A DNA stretch of 64,000 nt from Camelus ferus (lineage: Eukaryota), in NCBI RefSeq assembly GCF_009834535.1, contig NC_045697.1:79858001-79922000 (forward strand), in the 5' to 3' direction. Numbering within the stretch: the stretch's first letter is position 1; the number at the start of each line of letters is the position of its first letter. The notes below the pieces were generated by a model. That model did not search any database. It worked only from the letters and a program-made list of their open reading frames with translations, and was not told the DNA's origin. The translations under genes and the position numbers were made by a program. Of the stretch, positions 40,191 through 54,333 are shown piece by piece.

Positions 40191-43100
40191 TGCAAAATAT
40201 TCTTAATGCTTTGAAAGGGGTGGAATTGGTATGCTAGAGGCAGTGCTTACTTTTCACGGATGATAATATTAGGGAAAACTTGGATAATGAAATAACTCAT
40301 CTACTGTGCTCATGAAAATCAATGTCAGAAATGTGATACTAAGTTAAGGGGGGAGAAAACATTGTCCATATAAAAATGTAATTTCAAATGATCTCACACA
40401 ACAAAAAGAAAATATTCAAGTAGAGTTTATCTGTTTAAAGTTAGATACTGTTCTGATACCAATTCTCAATTGTATGTGTTAATCATTAATTACCTTAAAT
40501 AACATTTTAAAAGTAAAAATAGGAACACCTATACCTAAACCAATTTTTTTTTAAAACATAGGTCACTGAAGTAAGAACAAGCTTCAGGGAAGTTAAAAAT
40601 ATAAACTCTCTCTGCAGATTAGAGCTCTTTCGGCATTTCTCATTTAGTAGAATGAAATGAGACTAAAAATGTAGCTTAATTAGCGTGTTTGAGCTATAGT
40701 GTACAAACTTATGATTTATAGAAATTTTTGTTGTTTGTGGCAGCTGAACAGAAATTATTGAGTAGAATTTTGTGGTGTAAGTGTTTTGCTTGTCATTTAC
40801 ATGTTCTAACTAACTGCAAGAAGGCAACTTGTGGGATTCTTCCTAAAAAATGTCAGTACATCTAGTGTGCAGTTCTCAATTGCCCCCAAATTTTTGGTTT
40901 ATGACAAGATAGTGATAAGAATTTGAGTTACTAAAAGAACTAAAACATTTAAGCAATCCAGCAGTCCCTATACAAAAGTATGATAGTTTAAGTAAAAGCA
41001 TTCATATATCACAAAGAGGATGCTTTGTAAAATCATCATTGGAGACAGATCATACCCAGTTCTGGCTTCTTTTCTGTCTTTTTGCACCTGCACACAGCAG
41101 CATATTTTCAAATACTCTGGTCCTCTGGCAGCAGCCTTTTTATCTAAAGAAATTCATGTGTGTGCAGCTATACTTTGCTTTGCTGTTGTTGTCTTGCCTT
41201 TATCATTTACAAGAAAAACCACAGTTATAAAACAAATTCAGTAAGTGTCCTCTGTGCCTGCCATTGGGCTAAGCACCTTCAAATAGTATTTAATTCTTCC
41301 AACAACTCCATGAAGTATATTTTTTGATAAGGAAATTGAGACCCACAAAAACTCAAGATCATACAACTCGTAATTTATTGAACATGGGTTCAACTTATCC
41401 AACCTTCCTAGGAAAAGATCGAAAGAATTGTAGCAATGCCGCTTATTTCGTGATGTTCATATTAAAGATTTTCCCCTCAAGTTATTTTAGTACATTTTAT
41501 TTATTTTGTATTGCTATAAAAATGTGGGTCTCACGGTAGGCAGGTAAATGACCCTGTTTTTCCAAAGGAATAACTGCATCCTAAGGAAATAAACAAATTC
41601 CTTAAATTCCACAAAGAACATGTGCTTTCCTATGGTTAATCAGGTAGCAAATATTTGTGGATGGTACAGGATAAGCCAGAGACTATGAGGGGAGGTGCCC
41701 TGCATCGCCCTGGGAGAGTCAAAGCTGCTGGCTGAGTCACATGAGTGCTTCTCAAACTTGAGTAATGTATTCATCTCTTTTAAAGTGTAAAAAAAAACTT
41801 GGGAGTCTGGTGTTATTTTTATTATGGTGTTAATTTAAATGTCATACTAAAACTCCTTAAAATCTTAGATCATTACTAAAAAAGAAAGTAATTTTATCAA
41901 TTAAGCAGAAACAGAACTACAAAACTAGTATTATTCAAATAAATGACACCGACAGAATGGACAGAATTGCCTAAAACTAAACACAAGTATTGGGTTTAAT
42001 AGTAAAAAGATTTAACCTCAGATTTCTAGAATTTAGTATATTCCTGAATTTGACTTCAATGAAAATAATATAGAGAATGCATATGACTGTTATTCATACA
42101 TTTAAGTTTTGTTTCCCACTTAAGAATAGCAAAACTTAAAGCTATCAGAGAATTTTACTAATGCCAATTTTAATGGGATGCCATTTGATGATCATTTAAA
42201 GCTCTCTTCATTTACTTGGTGTGGTAGAGAAGCGTACCTAATCTAGCAAAAGCTGCAGTTGGGAACTGAAAAGCATTTTACTCTGAATTTTCTATTACAC
42301 TCACCGCTAAATGGTGGAGGCAAGTTGGACCATACAGAGATAGCATCTGAGCCTGCTGTTTATTTGCATCATTAATGCACTGCTGAGTGCTGTGCTCAAG
42401 TTCTTTTGGTACATCCTGCCACGTATGAGGACCAGATTCTCTGATTAGTCTTTGTCACGTGGCAAAACCTTTTGCATATCATGCATCTGTCTGTGTTCCA
42501 TCTCTAATTCACCTGTTACGCACTGAATTAAGAACACAGAGGCGTATACAACCCATATATGGTTGTACTCAGTTAAGGGTGGCCATCTAGGTGAGCTGGA
42601 GCACGCTTATACTTTCCTTATTAGGTTATTATTGAACTGTAAACATAGAAGTTTTACAAAATCTTGGCACAAACTCACGGACCCCTGTGAGTGTGCCCCT
42701 GGACCCTATGGTGAAGCACTCTTTTAGGACATAATATGGCTCTGTGAATGCACATTCCTCCTTGCCTTTCATGTCCACCCTGCTGGGTGCTGAGAAAGTA
42801 TTGTTCTTCTAACATTCCAACCAAAAAACATACAGAACTGTGTCAAGAAGAATTTAAGAGGAAATTTTTCTTTCTTGGCTTGAGATGCCACACTTGGTTT
42901 GTAAAGGGGGGACAAGTTGTAATGACATCCATCTGTTGCAGATTAAAATAAGTGCGGCTCAGCCTTTGAATACCTTGTCCAGCGTCAGACTTTATAGGCA
43001 TCAGTACAATTGGTTTTGGGATTGAGAGCTGTAGGGACATAAAGCAGCAAAGCAGAAAGAGGTTAGTCTATTTCCCTGAGACTTTTCCCCCAAAGGAGTT

Positions 43101-46100
43101 GCTATTGCCTCATTTTCTCTTTACTGCGCTTTTATGTGTGAAATCTGATTGAGCCAGGAGACGACAGTCTATTTTGAAAGCATACTTTCCCCCCTACTTA
43201 ATTTTACTTTTAAAATTCTTACGTTTTTTCATACTCGGAGGGAAACATCGCATGGTAAAAATTGCTGCATCTCTCACCATGAGTCCCGGAATCCTCTTTC
43301 ATCTCTGTGTTGATTGAAGGTAACCAGACTGACTGCTGTTTATCCTAAGCTCTTGTGCCAAGAGCTTTAATCACAGATTGACCTCTTTGCAGCATAGAGT
43401 TTGCTTGTGTTTATGTGGAAGTGGGAGAAAAAGATATATTTCCATGTAGGTCTATACTTTTAACCTTCCATAATGTTACTAACTACCCAGAAATTTTGAA
43501 GTCTTTTTAATTTTGTTCTTGAATCCTGTGTTCTGGAACCATTTTATTATAACACACTTATTTGCATTTACATTTGCAAAATGCATTTATAACTCACTTT
43601 CTCACTTTGGGAAAACTGAATCCCTTAATGTGGTTCTAGAAGAAACCAACTGATAGCAAAATCTACCATGAGTCAACTGTTGAGGAGGTCCCTGGCAGGA
43701 TGACTCAGATGTTACATTTCCACTGGCTCTAGCCTCTCCAAAACAGTAGGAACAAGTTTTTGCTAAAATTCCAGGGATTGGCTGTAAGTCTTTGACTTGC
43801 ATCTACTTTTCAGGAGTTTGATTCAGGAAAGGGAAAACTCGTTATGAAAGCTTGCTATTATGTAACAGCAAAAGCTTCACCCTTCAGACTGACAACTGCC
43901 CCCCTTAAGCTTCCAAAGGATGTCTCCAAGGTGTTTCGGCATCCCTTCAGGGTCAGGTGCTCCCTTCTGTCTCTGTTCATGGCCTTCTTTTTCCACAGGA
44001 GTGACAGGGCACCCTGACTTCGGTTTGTTCGTTTTACCATGTTCGGCATGTCAAGGGAGATAGTCAGCTGGCTTTTTAGCGCAGTGTGTACTTTACTACC
44101 TCCTTCCTTATTCCCAAATGAATACAGTTCTAAGTAGTTTGTCTCAAGTCAGCTCTTCATTTTTCTAGGTGCATAGATGGCTGATAGATTTGATATCAGC
44201 CAAGAATTCTCTTTCCAGCTAAGGCAGTCTATTTAGCAAGTGCCACGATTTACAGAGTGAGTATGTAGACCAAGGGCATGCCGAGGTTATCACAAACGAA
44301 ATAAACATAGAGCTCATGAGTTAGGTTTCTGTAGGAACATCTGCTTTGATACTCGGCAGGGGTGAGGCAGAACAGCAAAGACTAGCTTTGAGGCTGATAA
44401 ACATGAGTTCAATCTCAGATCTTCCACTGAAAAATTGTGACCTTGGAAATTTTCTAAACTTCCTTCTTCACTTAGTAAATGAGCAGTGTAATAGTTCCTT
44501 CCTCCTGGTATTACTGTATTAATGATATAGTGCATGTGACTTCTTAGCTCTGTGCCTGCCCTACAGTAAACACTCAAATGTTACCTATAACATTAAGCCT
44601 CCTGTACAAGTGGTACTTTCTAGGCCTTACCATATAATATATAGCCCATGGATTTATTTTTTTAACTATATACGGAAAAGAATATTGTCATACTTTCTGT
44701 GACCTAATATTATTTCACTGTTGTCATTTTGTAGTAAATAATGTTTCTTGTGGGATATTGACATAACATAATACATTGTATTACATTTCACTTTTGAGTG
44801 CTGTGGCAAGAAACCAGAGGGCAGAAAATCTTCCTGAAATTTAGAATTTGCTGCAAACTGCAAAATCCTTTCCTAGAATAGGCATTTTGCACTGAGTCAC
44901 AATTCGGTCGCTGCAGCTTTGCAGATACACTGGGGGCACCCTGCCATGGGCACAGCTTTCAGGAAGGATGAAGCGTGAGGCACAGTGCAGGGAGGAGGAA
45001 CAGTACAGTGTTAGTCATGCCGTGATACATTTCTGAAGACTCAGACACCAATTCCAGATGTGTAGAGTTCAGTCGTACCTGACAACTCCTTGTAAATTAT
45101 CTATCTGATTTGTAAATATATAAACCTTTGTGGTATTTGGGTTAAATGTGAGGGGATTTCATCCTCGGGTTTTCAGTCTTCCCCTGTGTAAATCATTTTA
45201 ACAGTATGTGAATGATTCCGTATTTGAGATTCCTGGACAAAACGCTTCCACTGCTATCTCTGGACATCATCACCAGTCATGATAAATGGGTCTGACAGCA
45301 TGTGCCAAGGGCCCTTTCCAAGCACATTCTTCGAGGGAGGGAGGCAGGCAGGGGAGCCGACCGAGGAGAACACTGGATTCAGAGCCGTCCCACCTGCGGC
45401 GTCTCACTTCCTCTTAGTTTTCTCGTTAGTCAGATGTTACACTACAAAAAGAGCTATAAAGTGATGCCAGTGTCTTGGAACCTAGCAAAAGTTCATCATC
45501 GTTATTGTGTTAAAGTTCGAAAGGCAGGCTTTGTCAGTGAGACAAAGAGGCAGGGTGAAGGTGGCTACACCTCTGGAGGAGCCTCTCCAGGACTTTTCTG
45601 GCGGGCGTGAAATTCAGCTGATTCACCCAGGATCAGATTTTGAGAGGAGTAAAGGCAAGATGAGGACTTAAAAAGCAGTCTCCATCCAGAGTGATCATCT
45701 TTACCCAGAGATTTCAGTCTGGTATTATGTCAGCTGGTTTAAATTTAATCTTGTTTTTCCAAAATCACCAGGATCACAAAATTTGCATCGGGCCAGTCCA
45801 CACCTGCCAACTAGTGCTATCCGCTTTCCTCAAAGCTTCCTCGAAGCTTTCTGTTATTCCTTTATAATGAGGACAGATGACTGCCAAGTTACCCATGCTC
45901 AGTGTTCTCCTTCAGATACATCCGAAAACCAAACAGTAAAGGAAGAGAAAGAAGAAACCCAGTGCCTTTCATTTCTTATAGTTCTGTTTTGTTTTTTATT
46001 TCCCTTTTGTCTTACTAGGCTCAGTATAAATTCACTAGCTTCCTGAAGCTAAAATGAATGGGAAACAGTGGATTTGGGGGTCGTGTAAATTCATCTTCAA

Positions 46101-46397
46101 ATGTGGGTAAAGATTTAGAATACAGCATAACAATTATTTTTATTATAATCGTTCTTTTACACTGTTTAATAAGCATATATTTCCCACCGACTTTAATGTC
46201 CTTGAACAACTCTCTAGAAATACTGTGAAGTTGCTACCTTGTACTGTGAGTTATTATTCAGTGTTTCAAATTCAGGATTGAAATCTTTTGCAACTAAAGC
46301 TTTTCTGGTGTGAAGTTTAAACATTCTTGTCTTTCTACCTTTGATTTGTTTTTATTTTATCAATAATTCACTAAAGGTCTTTCTTTCCCCCTCACAG

Positions 46398-46499
46398 TCT
46401 GACAGCAATGCAAGCTTTCTCCGCGCTGCCAGAGCCGGCAATCTAGACAAAGTAGTGGAATACCTGAAGGGGGGCATAGACATCAATACCTGCAACCAG
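46398..46499 (+). CDS. ANK2: Ankyrin-2 (ankyrin-B) first common coding exon; start of the ANK-repeat membrane-binding domain
   Basis: 102 nt, phase 0/0, encoding [34 protein letters not shown]. Acceptor tctttctttccccctcacag (AG 46396-46397); donor CAG|gtaaga (46500). The peptide matches ANK2 as I recall it, not ANK1 (ADAATSFLRAARSG) or ANK3 (SDANASYLRAARAGH). Confidence 0.97.
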
Positions 46500-46953
46500 G
46501 TAAGAACACGGCAGCCGGCTCTGCATCACACACTGAAGACACACTTAGTATCAATGCATATATTCCAAGAGTCCAACATTTTTTTTTGTCCTTCTGAAAT
46601 TCACTAAAATAGCATCAACTCAGAATGGTGAAAGTCCATTTTTGCTCCCTTACCAACTTTTGAAGCCTCAAAGACATTTGTATCTAGAGCTAATAATGCT
46701 GGCAAAGTAGACAGATCAACAATAATTGAACATCAATTTTGTCAGTGAAATGATCTCGGCTGCCCTTAGCTGAAATGTTGATCAAGATTGATGTTTTACT
46801 TCTCATTTATCATCAACCGGTTATCCAGACTCTGGCTTCTTTTCTTGTCTGCCATATGCCTTTTACTCAGGGGTAACTAACTGGTACAGTTTGGGATATA
46901 GAAATAAGAGGATAAAATCAAAATGATTCCTCCTTTACCCCCAATTAGTTTTA

Positions 46954-47538
46954 TTTATTTATTGTTTTAATTTTTTAATTTTTGTTTTTTAGTTGACATA
47001 GAGTCAGTTTACAATGTTGTGTCAGTTTCTGATGTACAGCATAATGTTTCAGTCATACATATACATACATATATTCCTTTCATATTCTTTTTCATTATAG
47101 GTTACTACAAGATATTGAATATAGTTCCCTGTGGTGTACAGTATAAACTTGCTATTTATCTATTTCATATATAGTAGTTAGTATCTGCAAATCTTGAACT
47201 TCCAATTTATCCCTTCCCACCCCCTTTCACCAAAACCCTGGTAACTGTAAGTTTGTTTTCTATGTCTGTATGTTTCTGTTTTGTAAATAAGTTCATTTGT
47301 GTCTCTCTTTTTTAAAGATTCCACATATAAATGATATCATATGGTGTTTTTCTTTCTCTTTCTGGCTTACTTCATTTAGAATGATGATCTCTAGGTCCAT
47401 CTATGTTGCTGAAAATGGCATTATTTTATTATTTTTTATGGCTGAGTAGTATTCCATTGTATAAATTTACCACTTCTTTATCCAGTCATCTGTCGTTGGA
47501 CATTTAGGTTGTTTCCATGTCTTGGCTAATGTAAATAG
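46954..47538 (-). mobile_element. 5'-truncated young LINE-1 3' end
   Basis: Closely similar to the 24882 element; perfect 13-bp TSD ccaattagtttta at 46941-46953 and 47539-47551. Confidence 0.93.
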
Positions 47539-47884
47539 CCAATTAGTTTTAAAATATGGATTTGAATGAGAAGAGGTTGAAATTGTTGGCTTAAGTGAAG
47601 TGTTTGGATTATTTATTAATCACATCTATTTTATAAAGACTTTAGACTTTGGATATTATTTGGTCTCAGGACTGTTGAGATTTTTGTGCTACTTTTAACT
47701 GATGTTAATGCCATGAGTTGTATCCAGTGGATTTAGTGGATTCCATTTTTTCACTGTAGTGTGCTAAATGTTGCTTGTGCACTCGTGTGTGTGTGTGTGT
47801 GTGTTTGTGACAGAGCTGACTGGGAAGTGAATAATTCCAGAGAGTTTTATGTTAAGAAGCGAAAAATTTTATTGTTGGATTCTA

Positions 47885-48335
47885 AATCATCTACAGAATG
47901 CCTCTTTCTATCCTGATACATATTGAGCCCAGCTATGTTCACTCTGTAGTCCCCTGAAATTAGTAAGTCTTTCAAATACAACTTTTCAAAAACTGAACCT
48001 GAAATTTTCTCATGCTCAAACTCACTCTTGTCTAAAATTCCTACCTGCTGATTTCCTCACCTATATGTCAGTTCCAACAGTACCCCTCCTCCTTTACCTC
48101 ACTCCAGTCCAGCCCTTCTTTCTTGGTCCATCATCCGCATTCAAATTTGCATTAATTCAAATCTTGACATGGTCATTTACCATAGTGGCCATAACAGCTG
48201 CCTTTATTACATTCTGTCTTCATCTTGTCCACTCTGGTCAACCTCCACACTATGTCTGGGTCATCTTTCTAAAAGAAAAATTTGGTTATGGCAGTCCCCC
48301 TACCCTCAACTATCTTTGGTCACCAATGCTTAGAT
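47885..48335 (+). mobile_element. LINE-2 fragment
   Basis: aaaactgaac..ctccacactatgtctgggtcatctttctaaaagaaaaatttggttatg; continues after the LTR at ~48975. Confidence 0.5.
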
Positions 48336-48338
48336 CAT

Positions 48339-48972
48339 TGAGGTAGGTGTATCAAAATGACCTGGAGGCTTTTGCAAAGGGTGCAGGATTTCCTTGGCTT
48401 CTCTTGAGAGTTGCCAGCATAGGAAGCATTGTCACGATGGTAATATTTCTCTCCTTTAGAGGAGCACATCTCTTGGCAGCAACAATACTGAGAGTGGCTT
48501 GCTGTTGGGAATATCAATCTGCTGTCATCCTGAGCATCCCTACATGTTCTTTTGGGTGTGGCAAGAATGGAAGACCCTGAATGCTCCTTATCTGGTGACC
48601 ACTTCTCGGGTGGTGCTACCAATGAGCAACCTTGAGAGATTAAGTAACTTTTTCTCCAGATAAAAAGTAGAAAAATTTTTTTCTTATTTTAAAAGCTACA
48701 AATCCCCCAAGGTTAGTGTTCTTTAACATAACCCATGACATAGGCATCCATCGCTGATCCTATGTGTCGCTTCCATGGGATTGGGAAGAGGGCATAGGGA
48801 ACTGGTGCAAGCAACATCTTGACACTCAGCTGCTGCTTTTGTTGTGAACTAGAAAGTCCGTTGTCTTTGATCCAGGAGACTCATGTCTTCTACCAGCATC
48901 ATGCTACAGTAGCCGTTTAGCTTTTTAGCTTGTAGGTAAGATAAAAATACCAGACCTTGTATGAGCTTGACA
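48339..48972 (+). mobile_element. Solo ERVL-class LTR (MER77/MER68-like) interrupting an L2
   Basis: TG...CA ends; 3' part tctttgatccaggagactcatgtcttctaccagcatc..ttagcttgtaggtaagataaaa..cagacc..cttgaca resembles that LTR group; L2-like sequence resumes afterwards. No clear TSD. Confidence 0.55.
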
Positions 48973-50074
48973 GTGACCTATGGAATAAAGTCAAATTCCT
49001 TTATCCCAATATATAAGATCTTCATATTTTGCATCTCTATTTCTTATCCATTTTATATTTCATTATGAATCTTTTTATTTGGTATGTTTTTAATGCTCTA
49101 TTAAACAAGTAATTTGGGATTTATGTACATTAATTACTTTAAAAGAGAAAGAACATTCAAATTCTCATATGGATATATGAACTTCTTCCAAAAATGCCTA
49201 TGAGATTGAATATGAAATATTTTAAATTTTAACTTGTTATTTTAGACTTTTTTCAAGTATATTGCATTCCCTCAATTTTAATATTGATTCATTAACTTTC
49301 TAAATTTGCAATATGCTGGAAAATAGACAATGAAACCATAAGAACTCTTAGTTCATTTAGATAAAATCATCATAAGTTATGCCAAAAAAGGAACCTAAGG
49401 AAAATGAAGTTAACCTCAGTCAAGCCAAGTCCACTTAACCCTCAACCATAAGAAATATATTAATTGTATGAAAGATCTTAGTTTTTTTTTTAAAGGAAAG
49501 TAAACTCTCATCAGTAAATATTCAATTCTTATCTGCTTTATAGACCAACCTAACTTCTTGAGTTACCTTGCAAAGTTCTTAGTAACCTAACATATTTTTC
49601 TTGTAGTGGCCCACTGTCCACTAATATGTTACTATAAAAAGAAAGAACATTTATTTTTGTGAGAAGGCAACAAAATATGAAACCACACAAAACTGAGAGC
49701 CCAGAGGCTCAAGTTTAAGTTCCATCTCCACTTTTGTCAAGTCATTTCAATTCAGAAAGTGACATTTTTCTAAACTCTAAAACAAGAAAATAATAATACA
49801 TTCAATCTTACACCACTGGGTTGCAGTGCAAATTAAATGATGAAATAAAAAGGACTTCCTAAGGTATACATATTGTCATTGCAATTAGTGTGTATAATTC
49901 ACCAAGAATCAGAAAAATTAAAATTGACCTCTACACAGACTATGAGAGTGATTCTCTTCATTCACCTGAATTTTCTAGGTATAAAGTAAATGTTGTTATC
50001 TCATGTTGATTCTTTATTATTACCCTTCAAGAATGTGCCTTAGAGATTTGGCAAATGAAGTGACTAATGTTAAC

Positions 50075-50260
50075 TAATGAGCCACTATCTATCAGGCTTT
50101 GTGCTGGGGGCTTTATGTGTGATGTTTCATCAATCAACAGAGACAAATGTTATGAGGTGGGCATTTGCCTGAGTTTACAAATGCAGGCACTGAGCCCACA
50201 AGTGGTTAAGTGATGTCCCCAGGGTCACAGATCCGTCTCTCACGTACAGGTCTTTTCTAC
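50075..50260 (-). mobile_element. MIR
   Basis: tatgaggtggg..tttacaaatgcaggcactgagcccacaagtggttaagtgatgtccccagggtcacag. Confidence 0.6.
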
Positions 50261-51594
50261 TACAGGATTTCTTCCTGTGATGTTTGAATCTGCCTTTCAA
50301 AATTTACAATGGTGGTATCCTTTATTTTGAAGCTGAAACCTTATTGTTAATCTGCCATCGCAAATATATAAAAGAACTTCAGTCATCCTCAGATTAACGT
50401 AACATGTAGTTAAAGGAATTTTTAAGTCAAAGAGCACCACCACTAGGATTACTACTAAAACTCAATGAACTAAATAAAATAGAAAATAATTTCCAAACAC
50501 CCAGGAGGGCAAAAGAGGCAACTCTTCAGCCAAAGTATTGCTGTTTCTAAATACATAAAACTCAAAGCTAGTATGGTGTATGAAAGAAGAGAAGAAACAG
50601 TATTCTCTCTTTTGCTTCTAAGCTTGAGTTTCTGGGGAGCATTCTGACATGTAACATAGAAACCAGGACTTTCTGTACCCTGTTGTATTTCTCAATGGAA
50701 AGCAATCTGGGCTGCACCAACTTTCCAAAAATATCGCCAGTGTTGGCGTGCTGAGATTCCTTAAACTGAAACTTGGATGAAAAATTTTTTCTTTATAAAA
50801 TTGGTCTCAAAACTACCATGAGAATTTGGAAATTTGTTTAAAAAAAAAACCATTTGGCTTCTAATCATTTAAAGGATATGGGAGAAATTCATAAATTTTG
50901 CATAAGACAATATTATTTTTTAAAAACTTTGAGTTTTAATTTTTCTTTTCCAAATAGTTGTAAATCTGTTAACTTTATTTTTCTTAGAAGGTTAAACTGG
51001 TCATGTATTTATCTTTTTATCTCTTACACATTCAGGAAAGAGAATAAATCTTATCATTTGCTCTCTATTCTTGAAACTCGGGTATACTTATGCTTTTTTA
51101 TTTAGCAATTGTTCCTAAGATCATAATATTATAAGCAAGGTTAACATCCGGATATTAAAAATAGTCTCTGTCACCATTTCATAAAAACTTATAGCCAGTT
51201 ATAAGTCAATAAAATTGTCTGAAGGTTCGGATACTTGCACTATGTACAAAATTTATTGGTTACACTGCAGTGACTTCAGAATGAAGGACATCATTTATCT
51301 TTTATTGGACATAATCCCAGATATTATACTAAAGGCTAATAGTTCTTAAAGTGCTCTGATTTTTGGTCTTGACCTTTTTAACCAGTGAACTGAAAAGGTG
51401 CAAAAATATCAGTTAGTTCCTATGTTTCCTTTCTCAAAAACAGAAGGGCAAGGTCAAAGCACCATTTTCAAAATAATGTTAGTGTTCCTAAAATACCAGA
51501 CCTTTACCAACAAGAAGGTACACTCAACAGTGACCTTATCATATGCTCCCATAGTTATGACTCAGACCACAAAGCCTTTCTGGAAATCACATTA

Positions 51595-51800
51595 AAAATG
51601 TGGGTGCTGGAATCTAAATTCTCATTTTATTCACTTACCAGCTATGTGACCCTGGGCAATCAACTTCTCCAGAACTCAACTGTTTTCTTAATTGCAAAAC
51701 AGTGATCATAACAACACTGAAGTCATAGCATTGTTGTGATAATTAAATGAGATGTTTGCAAAATGCTCAGCAGAACAAGCATTCAATAAATGTTAGCAAC
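51595..51800 (+). mobile_element. MIR
   Basis: cacttaccagctatgtgaccctgggcaa..tcatagcattgttgtgataattaaatgaga..cattcaataaatgttagc. Confidence 0.7.
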
Positions 51801-52819
51801 TGGTAGTCCTTAATTATAATGAGGTCATCTTTTTATATTGATTCTCCACTTAAGCTTTAGCAAAAGTGATGCTGGTTCTCACAGGCAGGACAGAATATAA
51901 AAGGTATTGTCATAGCCTGTGTCACCAAATAGGAAAGATCACATTTAGTAGCAATTTGATAACAGTTACTGTTTATCTGAATTACTTTAAATTAAAATCT
52001 TTTTCTGGAACTAAAATCTTTTTTACAAATATCATTTGGATCTATCTGGTCTGGACCTCTCTTTTAAAATGCCAAAACAATTTTATTAGCCTGGGACTTT
52101 ATAAAGGCAACAAAAATGAATAGCTGGGTATTGAATGAATGGAATATGAAAGGAACTATGTATCGTTTTCTAACAAGTTAAATGCGGTACAAATATATGT
52201 GCAAATAATCTAACTATACATCAATGGGTTTATTTTGACCCCTCATTTAGAAGCAGCAAAAGGTGGCATGTCTGTCTAGTTCTGTTTGTGTGTGTCCTTT
52301 TGTTTTTGGATTTTGCATTATTCTCTGATTTTCTTCAATACATTAATGCCAATTCTTGCTCTATACTAAGTAATGCTGATTCAGACTGGATTTGAATGAT
52401 GTCTGCCAAATATTTTGAGCACCCAGAATTTTCAGTTTCAATGTTGATAGTCCTTCAATGTAAAATAATTCCAGCAGAGACTTTTCATCAACTACTTGTC
52501 CCTAGGTCTAAAAAATTTTGCCTCTCTTTGTAACAACATAAATTTGCGAAGATGTTCGATATGTAACTCTTATTTCATTTAAAAAATGCCAAGGGTAACT
52601 TCATGCAAATTATTTCTGTGACTGTCTTCTTAAATACTCTGCTGAAGTGATTTAGATTGAACAGAACAATTTATAGTCTAAGAATTATCCTGAATGCTCT
52701 CTTTCAATGACTAAAAGATGTAGATTTTAAAACAGCTCTTAGGCAGCCACTCAACCTCAGATGTTACCATCAAGCAGTCTTTCTGCCACTCTGAACACAC
52801 GCTCACCCTCTGCTCCTCT

Positions 52820-54125
52820 GTTTAGTCAAGCATGTGCTGTAAGTTTCCTACATGCAGGCACTGTCCTAGGTGCAGTGAAGAGAGAGACAAAACCCTGCTC
52901 TCATATAGCTCACAGTCTGCAACCTGAGAGGAGGGAGCCGATCACCAAGGAAAAAAGAAAATACGTGGGAAGAGAGATGATGGTAAATGACAGTGAGAGA
53001 CACTGTTGGGGAGGAGGAGGGGGAGCGGAAAGGGAGCAGCGTGTCACAGGAGGAAGGATGGTCGGAAGAAGACCCGGAGGAGTTGGACAAGGAAGCTCTG
53101 TGCTGTTTGGAGGGAGTCCCTTTTAGAGGAAGCCCTGATTGGGAGAAGCCCCAAGGAGGGCACATGCCTGGTGGATCTGAGGCCAGTGTAGCCGGAGTAG
53201 AATGAGGGAGGGGGAAGAAGCAGGAGGTCAGGGGAGAGCCGAAGGCGGCACTAGAGCACTCATAGGCTATTTCAAGAAATAGGAAATGACCATCGAAGTG
53301 AGTAGATGAGGCAGGGAGAAGGAAGAATCATTGGCAGAGAAGTCAGGAACCTGAAAGTCTAGAGTTTTGGAAAAACCACTTTCATCCATGTTGGAGAAAG
53401 TGGCAATGAACTAGTAGCTACATTCTTCAACAGATGAGGATGGGATCAAAAAGGTACAGGCTGATGGCATCTGGAGGTTTATGTAAAAGGAGGAGGAAAA
53501 ATAGTTTCAAAGAACAAAGAGGATCGAGGAGCATCAGCACAGCTCCACCAGGGCCAGTGGTCACCTGGGGCAGTGTGGGGAGCTAAATACTATCCCTAGA
53601 GTAGGCTTCAGGGAAGAAGTGGCTTCAGGTTTCTTTTAAAATAAAAAGGCTAAGAGAAATGTTCAGAGAAAAGATTTAGGATACAGACACGCTGCTGATA
53701 ACCACATTCATGTGTTCTAGACAACCTTCAGAAAATGGAAAATGATCAGAGACAGAGTCAGAAAAGGGGACAGCAAGGCATACAGGGGTTGCATTTGGAG
53801 GGATGAAGAGTGACTTGGTGGCTGGCACAAGCAGGGATACAGGGAATGAGAAGTTTAGTCCAACTAGATAGTGATGGTGAATTGTGGGAGTCATTTGGAG
53901 AAGGAAATGGGGCAGGGGAGTCTAGACAAGAGCCATAGACGTGGAGTCCTACCTTGGCTTCTGCTGTGGAGGGTCGACAGAGGGAAAATCTTGATCCAAA
54001 CGTGTATTCAACACAGCTCTTCAGATACGCAGTCAGCCAAACACAGCTGAAGTGTGAGGTGGGGTGTAGATGCCATTCTTGCACAGTCATTTTTCTGCTT
54101 GGTTATTTCCTTTGTGCCGTTAAAA
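52820..54125 (-). mobile_element. LINE-2 fragments
   Basis: cctacatgcaggcactgtcctaggtgcag..ccctgctctcatatagctcacagtct..gaggccagtgtagccggagtagaatgagggagg; purine-rich degenerate continuation. Confidence 0.6.
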
Positions 54126-54285
54126 ACCATCCAGCCCCTTTGCAGTAGCTGAGATTTTGCTTGCTCCTAGTCTAACGTTCTCTTCCTTTGCTGATCACTT
54201 CCTCTAAACAGTCTTTTTCTTTTCTTCTATAGAAGTTTCCAGTCCTTTCTCCTTTCCTCCCTACTGTCACAAATTTCTCTTTCTC

Positions 54286-54287
<2 letters not shown>

Positions 54288-54332
<45 letters not shown>
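54288..54332. repeat. (TG)n microsatellite, ~22 units
   Basis: Perfect TG run. Confidence 0.95.

Positions 54333-54333
<1 letters not shown>

Noticed and set aside
46341..46607. 88-aa ORF as a complete gene
   Set aside because: Only 46398-46499 is exonic; the flanks are intron read-through past clear splice sites.
52761..54148. Cluster of 60-120 aa ORFs
   Set aside because: They lie in purine-rich L2 relics; low-complexity translations.
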